Below are positions 15,272 to 22,934 of a DNA stretch of 32,000 bases, piece by piece; the stretch's first letter is position 1; every line of letters begins with the position of its first letter. The notes below the pieces were generated by a model. It had not been told where the DNA came from. It saw only the letters and a program-made list of their open reading frames with translations, and did not search any database. Origin of the DNA: an uncultured archaeon (lineage in GTDB: Archaea > Micrarchaeota > Micrarchaeia > Micrarchaeales > CABMGC01). Where the stretch lies: NCBI GenBank assembly GCA_963704435.1, contig OY969902.1, forward strand, positions 30,001 through 62,000. Direction: 5' to 3'. The position numbers were made by a program, and so were the translations under genes.

Positions 15272-18200
15272 GTGCTATACCTAAAATCACTCAGCATGGA
15301 CAGGTTCAAGTCGTTCAAGCACGTAAACCTACTTTTCAACAAGGGCTTCAACTGCGTCGTAGGTCCAAACGGCTCCGGGAAGAGCAATATCTGCGACGCG
15401 ATACTCTTCGGGCTCGGCGAGGGCTCGCTCAGGAGACTCAGGGTCAACAGGCTCGAGTACCTGATAAGCACAGGGAAAGCCAAGAAGAAGGTGGGATCAC
15501 TCGCCAAGGCATACGTCAGGCTCGAGTTCTCCGGGGACGAAGACATAACGCTCGTCAGGGGCGTGCGCGCCGACGGCAAGACTGCCTACAAGCTCAACGG
15601 GAAGCGCATGACGCGGCAGGAGGTGCTCGAGGTGCTGAAGAAGCACAACGTCCATTCCGACGAGACGAGCACCATCGCGCAGGGAGAGATAAACAAGCTG
15701 ATAGACCTGAACCCGAAGGAGAGGCGCGAGCTGCTTGAGCTCGCATCCGGGATAAAGGAGTTCGAGTACAAGAGGGGCGAGGCGATGTCCGAGCTCGATA
15801 AGGTTAGCGCGAAGGTCGGCGAGGCCCAGGTGGCGCTCGGCGAGAGGACGGCCTTCCTAAAGGAGCTCGAGAAGGAGAAGCTGGCCGCTGAGAGCTACCT
15901 CGCCATGACGAAGAGGCTCAAGGCGCTCAACTACAGCGTGCTCAGCAAGCGCGGGGTCGCGGTGCAGCAGGCCCTCGACGCGTATTCAAATGACGCGGAG
16001 GCGCTCGCCGCCAAGAGGAAGTCGGCGGACGCGGAGCTGTCGTCGCTCTCCGGCAAGGCGGCTGCGCTGTCCGAGGAGAGGCAGGGGCTCACGAAGGTCC
16101 TCAGCGAGAGCAGCGGTGCGATGTCCGGCATCAACAAGAAGCTTGAGGAGATGGGCAGGGAGCTCAGCGCTATCGACGTCAGGATGGGTAACTCGGCCGC
16201 GAGCGTCTCCGAATGCGAGAAGCGGATCGCGGAGGCTGCGAAGGGCGCGAAGGACGTCGGAGACCAGATAGGGCAGAACGATGCCGAGATCAAGTCGCTT
16301 AAGAAGAAGGTCGACGCGCTCGAATCAGAGGCGAAGAAGCTCGGCGCGGCCTCGTCGGGCTCGGATGCGGCAGAGAAGACGGCCAGGCTCAAGGAGGCAA
16401 GCGACGAGGTGCAGCGGCTGGAGCGGGAGGTCGCAGCCCTGCAAGAAAGCGTATCGGAGCTCAACGCGTCCAGGGCGGCGTTCGGCTCGACGAAGCTGGG
16501 CTGCGCGAAGGAGCTCGATGGCCTGCGGGCCGAGCTCGCCGAGGCGGAGAAGGCGCTCTCCCTCTCGTCAGCGGGCGCGAAGGACCAGAAGGGTCGGAAG
16601 GAGCACGCTGAGGCGCAGCTGAAGAAGACCGAGGCCAGCATCATCCAGGCCGACGCGGCGCTATCGAAGGCGGACAGCGACATAATCGCGCTCAGGGAGC
16701 AGCGCGCGATGTCGAGGTCGAGGGAGGGCGCGATGCAGGAGAGGCTCAGGACAGCGTTCGGCAAGGGCTCGGGGTTCTACGGCACGGCCGCGGAGCTGTG
16801 CAGCTACGAGGGCAAGTACGCGCTCGGAGTCGAGGCGGCAGCCGGGGGCAGGTTCAACTATTTCGTCGTGGACTCCGTCGACGTAGCGTCGAAGATCATA
16901 GACTACCTGAAGAGGCAGAACCTGGGGAGGGCAACATTCATACCTCTGCAGGAGCTCGTCACCGAGGCCAGGAAGAGGAGGGTCGCCGAGATCGACGGAG
17001 CAACGCCGCTGGTGAGCCTGCTCAGCTTCGAAGCGAAGTTCGGCAAGGTCTTCGATTATCTCTTCAACGACACGTATCTCGTCGACACTGTGGCCGACGC
17101 GAAGCGGCTGGGGATCGGGGAGCGCAGGTACGCTACGATGACAGGGGAGACCGTGGAGCGGTCGGGCGTGCTGTCCGGAGGCTCCGCGCCCAGGTCAGCG
17201 GCGTCGCTTGTGTCCATCGACAAGAGGCTCGCGGACCTCGAGGAGGAGAGGAAGAGGCTCCACGAGGACGGCAAGGGCCTGGGCGAGGTCGCGTTCGAGC
17301 TGAGGAAGGAGCTCGCGGCCATCGAGATGGAGTCCGGGTCGGCGCGCGCCTCGGCCGCGGACATGGAGTCGCGGATAAAGGGCATCCGCGCACGCATCGC
17401 AGGGTCGCAGTCCGAGCTGTCCGACGCTGAATCGGGGCTCGGCAAGGCCGACGCAGGGCTGCAGTCCCTCGCGAAGGACCTGAAGTCAAAGTCAGAGACG
17501 CTCGCAAGAAGCAGGAAGGAGCTCTCTGACGGTTACGGCGAGACGCTCAAGGAATCGGCTGCCGCCGCGAAGGGCGGAGCCAAGGGCGCTGAGATAGAGG
17601 CCATCAGGAAGGAGGCGGAGGGCCTGAGGATAAGGAGCGCAGAGCTGCAGAAGGAGAGCAAGATGCTGGCGCAGAACCGGTCCGCGCTACTCGCGGACGC
17701 GAAATCCAAGGAGGACGAGAGGGCCAAGGCCCGCGCCGCGCTGTCGGGGGACACTAAACGCAAGGCGGAGCTCGAGAAGGCCAGGGAGAAGATAGAGCAG
17801 GAGATAAAGAGCAGCAACAAGTCGAACAAGGACGCCTACGAGCGGCTCAATGCCATAGAGGCGGAGCTCCTCACGATGAGCAAGGAGCAGGGCAGGCTGA
17901 GCGCGGGCGCTGAGGACATCGCGCGGAGGATGTCCGAGCTCGACGTGAAGAAGGGCCAGATGGAGGTCAGGATCAATGACATAAGGGCGGAGCTGTCGGC
18001 GTACGGAGGCATGGAGTCGGAGATGGTCTCCGGCGACATAGAGAAGCTGGAGCGCGAGGCGGGCACGCTCGGAGCGAGGATCGAAGGCCTTGGCAGCGTG
18101 AACATGAAGGCGCCGGAGATATACGAGGAGAAGCGCAAGAGCGTCGAGGAGGCGAGCGCGAAGGTCGACACCCTCGAGGCCGAGAGGAGGGCGGTCATCG

Positions 18201-18685
18201 CGATGATCGACGAGATATCGTCGAAGAAGCTGAACGCGTTCATGGCCACTTTCGAGGAGGTCAACAAGAACTTCGCCAAGCTCTACAGCCACATCTTCGC
18301 GGGATCCGCGGCCATAGAGCTGCAGAACCCGTCGAGCCCGCTGGAGGGCGGAGTGGAGATAAAGCTCGACGAGGGCAAGTCGCAGAAGAGGGTCGGCTCG
18401 CTATCCGGCGGGCAGAAGTCGCTCATATCGCTCGCACTGCTCTTCGCGATCCACATGTGCAAGCCGTCGTCGCTCTACGTGTTCGACGAGATAGACGCGG
18501 CGCTCGACAAGGAGAACTCGAAGAGGCTGTCGCAGCTCATAAAGGAGCTGGCAAGGCAGGCGCAGTTCGTGGTGGTTAGCCACAACGATTCGCTGATAGT
18601 CAATGCCGACGCGGCGATAGGCGTCGTCAAGGCGGAGGACGAGTCGAAGGTGGTCGGCATAGAGATTGCCGCGGTGAATAAATGA
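15272..18685 (+). CDS. smc: Chromosome segregation ATPase SMC
   Basis: It has Walker A (GPNGSGKSNI), a hinge (GFYGTAAELCSYEGKYALGVEAAAGGRFNYFVVD...GRATFIPL), the signature LSGGQKSL, Walker B (LYVFDEIDAALD) and long Ala/Glu/Lys-rich coiled coils. The GTG start at 15272 is preceded by AGGTG 7 nt upstream and retains the conserved N-terminal strand. Confidence 0.93.
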   Translation: MLYLKSLSMDRFKSFKHVNLLFNKGFNCVVGPNGSGKSNICDAILFGLGEGSLRRLRVNRLEYLISTGKAKKKVGSLAKAYVRLEFSGDEDITLVRGVRADGKTAYKLNGKRMTRQEVLEVLKKHNVHSDETSTIAQGEINKLIDLNPKERRELLELASGIKEFEYKRGEAMSELDKVSAKVGEAQVALGERTAFLKELEKEKLAAESYLAMTKRLKALNYSVLSKRGVAVQQALDAYSNDAEALAAKRKSADAELSSLSGKAAALSEERQGLTKVLSESSGAMSGINKKLEEMGRELSAIDVRMGNSAASVSECEKRIAEAAKGAKDVGDQIGQNDAEIKSLKKKVDALESEAKKLGAASSGSDAAEKTARLKEASDEVQRLEREVAALQESVSELNASRAAFGSTKLGCAKELDGLRAELAEAEKALSLSSAGAKDQKGRKEHAEAQLKKTEASIIQADAALSKADSDIIALREQRAMSRSREGAMQERLRTAFGKGSGFYGTAAELCSYEGKYALGVEAAAGGRFNYFVVDSVDVASKIIDYLKRQNLGRATFIPLQELVTEARKRRVAEIDGATPLVSLLSFEAKFGKVFDYLFNDTYLVDTVADAKRLGIGERRYATMTGETVERSGVLSGGSAPRSAASLVSIDKRLADLEEERKRLHEDGKGLGEVAFELRKELAAIEMESGSARASAADMESRIKGIRARIAGSQSELSDAESGLGKADAGLQSLAKDLKSKSETLARSRKELSDGYGETLKESAAAAKGGAKGAEIEAIRKEAEGLRIRSAELQKESKMLAQNRSALLADAKSKEDERAKARAALSGDTKRKAELEKAREKIEQEIKSSNKSNKDAYERLNAIEAELLTMSKEQGRLSAGAEDIARRMSELDVKKGQMEVRINDIRAELSAYGGMESEMVSGDIEKLEREAGTLGARIEGLGSVNMKAPEIYEEKRKSVEEASAKVDTLEAERRAVIAMIDEISSKKLNAFMATFEEVNKNFAKLYSHIFAGSAAIELQNPSSPLEGGVEIKLDEGKSQKRVGSLSGGQKSLISLALLFAIHMCKPSSLYVFDEIDAALDKENSKRLSQLIKELARQAQFVVVSHNDSLIVNADAAIGVVKAEDESKVVGIEIAAVNK

Positions 18686-19713
18686 AGCGCCAACACGACG
18701 AGCCTGCCAAGGCCAAGAAGGAAAAGTCGAACCGGCTCGCGTGGGCGCTCTATGCGCTGCTAGCGCTGCTCATAGTTGCATACGCGGTGCTGGGCAGCGC
18801 GCTGGTCGGGCTGGCCGCGCTCGCGGTCATCATATGCATCTTCTACTACGAGATAAGGCACAGCGTGAAGACGGAGGGCACGAGGAGGAGCGTCATCGAC
18901 ATGGTGGGCGCGATCTGCGCGGCCATCGCGGTCTGGATAGTCCTCATAGTCCTGCTGCACACTACGGCGCCAGTGGACGCGGTCTCGAGCTGCAGCATGC
19001 TCCCGGTGCTGCAGAGGGGGGACCTCGTCCTGCTGAGCGGAATAACGAACATCACGGGATTCGCCGAGTCGAAGCACGTGCCCGTAGTGAGCGTGAGCGG
19101 CGCCGCTTTCGCTAGCATGGAGGCGAACATGTCGCAGGAGTTCCTGTCCTACTATGCCTACTTCAACGGTAACAAGTCTGAGATATCGTACATCTTCGAC
19201 AATGCGTCGAACTACTCGATCGGCCTGTACAACACGAAATGCCTTTCGACATACTCGTACCTCGGCCGGGCGGACATGCTGCGCACATGCTACGTTAGCC
19301 AGGCGTCGCAGGCGAGGGACCTCATAAGGTACAACTATTCCATAGGAAAGGTCTCAGTGGCAGGTGCAGTGCACAACATCGTATACACCTCTGCCATCTC
19401 GATAGGGAACACGAGCATAATCGAGAACTACAGCAACCCGATAATCGTTTACCAGACGACCGCAGAGGACTACTTCAGCGGCAGCATAATACACAGGGTC
19501 GTCGCCCTTGTGAACGCGAGCGGGCAGTACTACTTCCTGACGAAGGGGGACAACAACCAGGCCCTCGACATCGAGTTCGAGAACTATCCCGCGAACCAGT
19601 CCGAGGCGCTGGGCTACGTCCTGGCGGACGTGCCCCTTCTCGGGTACGTGAAGCTCCTGCTCAGCGGCCAGCTGGCGGTCCCAGCGGGCTGCAACCAGAC
19701 GATACTGAGATGA
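18682..19713 (+). CDS. Signal peptidase I (S26B, Sec11/archaeal type) with multi-TM N-terminus and a large insertion
   Basis: S26 boxes appear in order: SSCSMLPVL (Ser box), QRGDLVLL, IIHRVV (His box) and LTKGDNNQ. The ATG overlaps the smc stop (ATGA). The segment between the GDLVLL and HR boxes is about 150 aa. Confidence 0.7.
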   Translation: MKRQHDEPAKAKKEKSNRLAWALYALLALLIVAYAVLGSALVGLAALAVIICIFYYEIRHSVKTEGTRRSVIDMVGAICAAIAVWIVLIVLLHTTAPVDAVSSCSMLPVLQRGDLVLLSGITNITGFAESKHVPVVSVSGAAFASMEANMSQEFLSYYAYFNGNKSEISYIFDNASNYSIGLYNTKCLSTYSYLGRADMLRTCYVSQASQARDLIRYNYSIGKVSVAGAVHNIVYTSAISIGNTSIIENYSNPIIVYQTTAEDYFSGSIIHRVVALVNASGQYYFLTKGDNNQALDIEFENYPANQSEALGYVLADVPLLGYVKLLLSGQLAVPAGCNQTILR

Positions 19714-19719
19714 GACTGG

Positions 19720-20250
19720 ATGGATGCTCTTGAGACACTTATGGATGAACATCTGACGATCGCAACGACCCTCGGGCTTTTGGACGTCTCTGCAAAGAAG
19801 ATGCAGGGCGGCGAAGAACTGCCTACTGAATTTTTTGATGAGGTCATGGATATCCTTGAGAATTTTGCCGACAGGTGCCACCACGCAAAGGAAGAGGAGG
19901 TCCTGTTCCCCCTGTTCAAGGGTAACGGCGCAAAGGATTCGGAGGCGGTGTCCTCATTCCTTGAAGAGCATGAAAATGGGAGGGCATTCGTAAGTGCGCT
20001 GGGCAAGGCGGTCGACAGGGATGACAGACTAGGCATAATGGAAAACGCCAGCGGTTACTATTCCCTAATGTCGCAGCACATCAGGAAAGAGAACATGCTT
20101 TTCCCTGCTTGGATAAAATCGCTCTCGGACGCGGCAAGTGAGGAAATGGCAGCAAGGTTCGATAGGATAGAAGCGAGATCCTTGGGCCCCGAAAGGCACC
20201 AGGAATACCGCCGGACCGTGGAGAGATTGAAGAGTGAAATACTCAGTTAG
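19720..20250 (+). CDS. Hemerythrin-like (HHE cation-binding) domain protein
   Basis: His/Glu-containing helices recur: LMDEH, DRCHHAKEEEVLFPLF, EEHENGRAF and HIRKENMLFPAW. Confidence 0.65.
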   Translation: MDALETLMDEHLTIATTLGLLDVSAKKMQGGEELPTEFFDEVMDILENFADRCHHAKEEEVLFPLFKGNGAKDSEAVSSFLEEHENGRAFVSALGKAVDRDDRLGIMENASGYYSLMSQHIRKENMLFPAWIKSLSDAASEEMAARFDRIEARSLGPERHQEYRRTVERLKSEILS

Positions 20251-20253
20251 AAT

Positions 20254-21204
20254 TTAGTCCTTCATCCTGAGCACTGAAGGAAGCGTCCTGCCCAATGCGC
20301 TCCATAAGGACCCTTCTCCTGAATCTTCAACTTTGCCCCCTTCGGTCAGCGCTCCATCTGTCGCAGCGATATGGATCCATCCCCTCTCCGTTAGCTTCTT
20401 TTCCATGTTCTTCTCCTCAAAGGTGTCTGTCCTAGCGGTGTGGTACCATGGCTGCGCAGGGTAGACCGCGCGAGGAATCAACCTTATGACTGGAAGCTCT
20501 TCTCCTTTCGGAGTTTTCTCCAAAGCGTTGAAGATGAGCCCACGGTAGAGCGAACCCACGCATCCGCCAAGCTCATAGGTCTTCCTGTTTGGAGGGTTCG
20601 CCTGCCTCTCGAGCCACGCCCACTCATATCTATCTACATTTAGTACGTTGCAGCCTACCACCTCCATGCTCAGTAGACCCGCTATGAGAATTTTGCGCGC
20701 ACCCGCGTCCATCAGCGCGTCATAAAACTCACCAAATAGCTTTTTGTAGTCGAAACCCCGTTCCGACGAAGCGCGGTTTTCAAGAAAGGGGACGCTCCTG
20801 CTTCCCTCTGTGGGTATTAGCAGATAGTTACTTGCCCCCATCGCCTGCAGCCTCTTTTCCGCGCCAACTGTGCGATAGAACTCCTCAAGTATGACTATGG
20901 GTCGACTTCCTTTTGTCAGCAGGTCGGTTACTATGTCCTGATATCTGATGAACTTCTCGATCTCTTCGCGCGACGAGTCCTGCGGCGTTTCCTCGTACCA
21001 AGGGTGAACCAGTACTATGACGGTCCCTTTCGCGCTCCTAGTCCCGTCTCGCAGTAGCGCGAGCTGCCCCTTGCTGACTCCCTTGAAAGGCGACTTGCTT
21101 TCATCAGGAATGCGTATCGCGTTATCCCACATCGGGGCGCGTGCTGCCGAATCCGCATTCTCCTGGTTGCCCGATTTGCCTGTGTGGATTCCAAGCGCTG
21201 ACAT
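20254..21204 (-). CDS. Hypothetical protein, 316 aa, alpha/beta-like pattern
   Basis: This long ORF is convergent with the hemerythrin-like gene (3-nt gap). It has alternating hydrophobic-strand and helix segments (GTVIVLVHPWYEE, RPIVILEE, KILIAGLL). No diagnostic motif was recognised. Confidence 0.55.
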   Translation of the reverse strand: MSALGIHTGKSGNQENADSAARAPMWDNAIRIPDESKSPFKGVSKGQLALLRDGTRSAKGTVIVLVHPWYEETPQDSSREEIEKFIRYQDIVTDLLTKGSRPIVILEEFYRTVGAEKRLQAMGASNYLLIPTEGSRSVPFLENRASSERGFDYKKLFGEFYDALMDAGARKILIAGLLSMEVVGCNVLNVDRYEWAWLERQANPPNRKTYELGGCVGSLYRGLIFNALEKTPKGEELPVIRLIPRAVYPAQPWYHTARTDTFEEKNMEKKLTERGWIHIAATDGALTEGGKVEDSGEGSLWSALGRTLPSVLRMKD

Positions 21205-21386
21205 GCAAAAACCTAAGACTCTCTAATGACCCTTTGCTCTTCCCATATAAAAACGTATTTTGATGATATGTATGCGGCAGAAAAGGCATGGGGCCATGTT
21301 GCCGGATTCCTAAGCTTTAAATATCTTGTGAGGGAGAATACTAATGTAATAGCGTCTTTTTCAGAAGCGCTTTTTTGAAGGTTAGC

Positions 21387-21695
21387 ATGGCAGATCTTAA
21401 CAGCGATCTCAGGATGGCGGTCGACTCCGGAGAGGTAGTGCTCGGCACGGAGCAGACTATGCGCGCAATCACCAGCAGCAAGGCGAAGCTGGTCGTGGTC
21501 AGCGGCAAGGGCAACGAGCGCGCCGAGTCGGACATAGTCCACGTGTGCGGCATCGCGGGGATCCGGGTCATGAAGTTCAACGGTAACTCGATGGAGCTCG
21601 GCGCGGTCTGCGGAAAGCCGCACTCGGTCGCGAGCCTTGCGGTCATCGAGGCCGGCGACTCGAATATACTGAAGGAGGAATACCAGGTGCTTTGA
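21387..21695 (+). CDS. rpl30e: 50S ribosomal protein L30e
   Basis: The sequence MADLNSDLRMAVDSGEVVLGTEQTMRAITSSKAKLVVVS......ELGAVCGKPHSVASLAVIEAGDS shows the typical L30e pattern. ATG 21387 is preferred over the TTG at 21375. Confidence 0.9.
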   Translation: MADLNSDLRMAVDSGEVVLGTEQTMRAITSSKAKLVVVSGKGNERAESDIVHVCGIAGIRVMKFNGNSMELGAVCGKPHSVASLAVIEAGDSNILKEEYQVL

Positions 21696-22124
21696 TTGGC
21701 AAAGGGAGAATTCGCGGCGCTCAGGCTCATGCACAAGAGGAAGAGGGAGCGCCTGCTGAAGAAGTCGTGGAAGAGGAAGAAGTTCAAGCTGAAGCAGAAG
21801 TACGACGCCGTGGGCTGCGTGCCGATGGCGAAGGGACTCGTGCTCCAGAAGGGCGTGCTGCAGCAGAAGCAGCCGCACAGCGGTCTAATCAAGACAGTCA
21901 AGGTCCAGCTGATAAAGAACGGGAAGGTCGTCGGCGCGTACGTGCCATACGACGGAGCGATAAACTTCATAGATGAGCACGACGAGGTCCTGATACAGGG
22001 GCTGGGAGGCTCGCAGAGGGGACAGATGGGCTGCATCCCTGGCCTCAAGTACCGGGTGATCGCCGTCAACGGCGCGGACCTGTTCCAGGTCACGAAGGGC
22101 AAGAAGGAGAAGCCCAAGAGATGA
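21696..22124 (+). CDS. rps12: 30S ribosomal protein S12 (uS12)
   Basis: KGEFAALRL...KYDAVGCVPMAKGLVLQKGVLQQKQPHSGLIKTVKVQLIKNGKVVGAYVPYDGAINFIDEHDEVLI..GCIPGLKYRVIAVNG aligns throughout to archaeal S12. Only the TTG at 21696 keeps the conserved N-terminus, and AGGTG lies 6 nt upstream. Confidence 0.92.
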   Translation: MAKGEFAALRLMHKRKRERLLKKSWKRKKFKLKQKYDAVGCVPMAKGLVLQKGVLQQKQPHSGLIKTVKVQLIKNGKVVGAYVPYDGAINFIDEHDEVLIQGLGGSQRGQMGCIPGLKYRVIAVNGADLFQVTKGKKEKPKR

Positions 22125-22918
22125 GGATGACGTTTATGCCTAGCGAGAACGAAACTGCGGGGATTTCAGGCGCGAAGCAGCGCGAGCCTTCTACAGAGAT
22201 AATGGAAGTGAAGGAGGCCGCTATCGTCGCGGTCCCCGAGGCTCCCGCGGAGAAGGCTGCGCCCAAGAGGGCGCCGCGACCGGCCGTTAAGAGGAAGGTC
22301 AGCGCCGAGCCGGCGGAGCGGCTGCTCTTCGGCAAGTACAGCTTCAAGGACGTCGTAGTCGACGACCCTAGCCTCGCGAACCAGATAACGCTCAATCCCA
22401 AGGAGTTCCCGGCCACGTTCGGCAGGAGGAAGGACAAGGTCTACTTCGCCACCCACGTGAACATAGTGGAACGGCTAATAAACAAGATGATGCGCGGAGG
22501 CACCGGCCAGAGGATCGGGGGCAAGGTCATAAGGACAAAGGGCGCGCTGCAGGGCAAGAAGATGAAGGTCACCCGCGTGGTCGAGAGCGCGTTCGACGCG
22601 ATCAGCAAGAGGACCGGGAAGAACCCGCTGCAGCTCTTCGTGAACGCGCTCGAGAATGCGGCCCCGATAGAGGACACGACCAGGGTAAGGTACGGGGGCA
22701 TAAGCTACAGCGTCGCGACCGGGATAAGCGCCACCAGGAGGCTAGACGTGGCGCTGAGGGGCATGGCGCTAGCGGCGCTCATCGGAGCGTTCAAGAGCAG
22801 GAAGAGCCTGTCCGACGCGCTGGCCGACGAGATAATCCTCGCATCCAACAAGGACGCGAACAGCTACGCGATAAAGAGGAAGGTCGAGCGCGAGAGGATC
22901 GCAAGGAGCGCTAGATAG
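22121..22918 (+). CDS. rps7: 30S ribosomal protein S7 (uS7) with an N-terminal low-complexity extension
   Basis: The conserved core runs from LLFGKYSFKDVVVDDPSL through IVERLINKMMR, NPLQLFVNALENAAPIEDTTRV and YAIKRKVERERIARSAR. ATG 22121 overlaps the S12 stop (ATGA). An alternative start is ATG 22202. Confidence 0.9.
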   Translation: MRMTFMPSENETAGISGAKQREPSTEIMEVKEAAIVAVPEAPAEKAAPKRAPRPAVKRKVSAEPAERLLFGKYSFKDVVVDDPSLANQITLNPKEFPATFGRRKDKVYFATHVNIVERLINKMMRGGTGQRIGGKVIRTKGALQGKKMKVTRVVESAFDAISKRTGKNPLQLFVNALENAAPIEDTTRVRYGGISYSVATGISATRRLDVALRGMALAALIGAFKSRKSLSDALADEIILASNKDANSYAIKRKVERERIARSAR

Positions 22919-22934
22919 AGGCGCGGTGCTTTTT

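Noticed and set aside
15931-18292. Several long antisense or alternative-frame ORFs within smc (for example 15931-16764 minus, 17687-18292 minus, 16798-17430 plus).
   Set aside because: They arise from the repetitive GAG/GCG/AAG coiled-coil coding sequence. Their products are Ser/Ala/Arg low-complexity strings, whereas the SMC frame carries Walker A/B, the hinge and the signature motif.
21213-22117. Minus-strand ORFs of 221 aa and 258 aa spanning the L30e/S12 region.
   Set aside because: They are antisense to two highly conserved ribosomal protein genes and contain no recognisable motifs.
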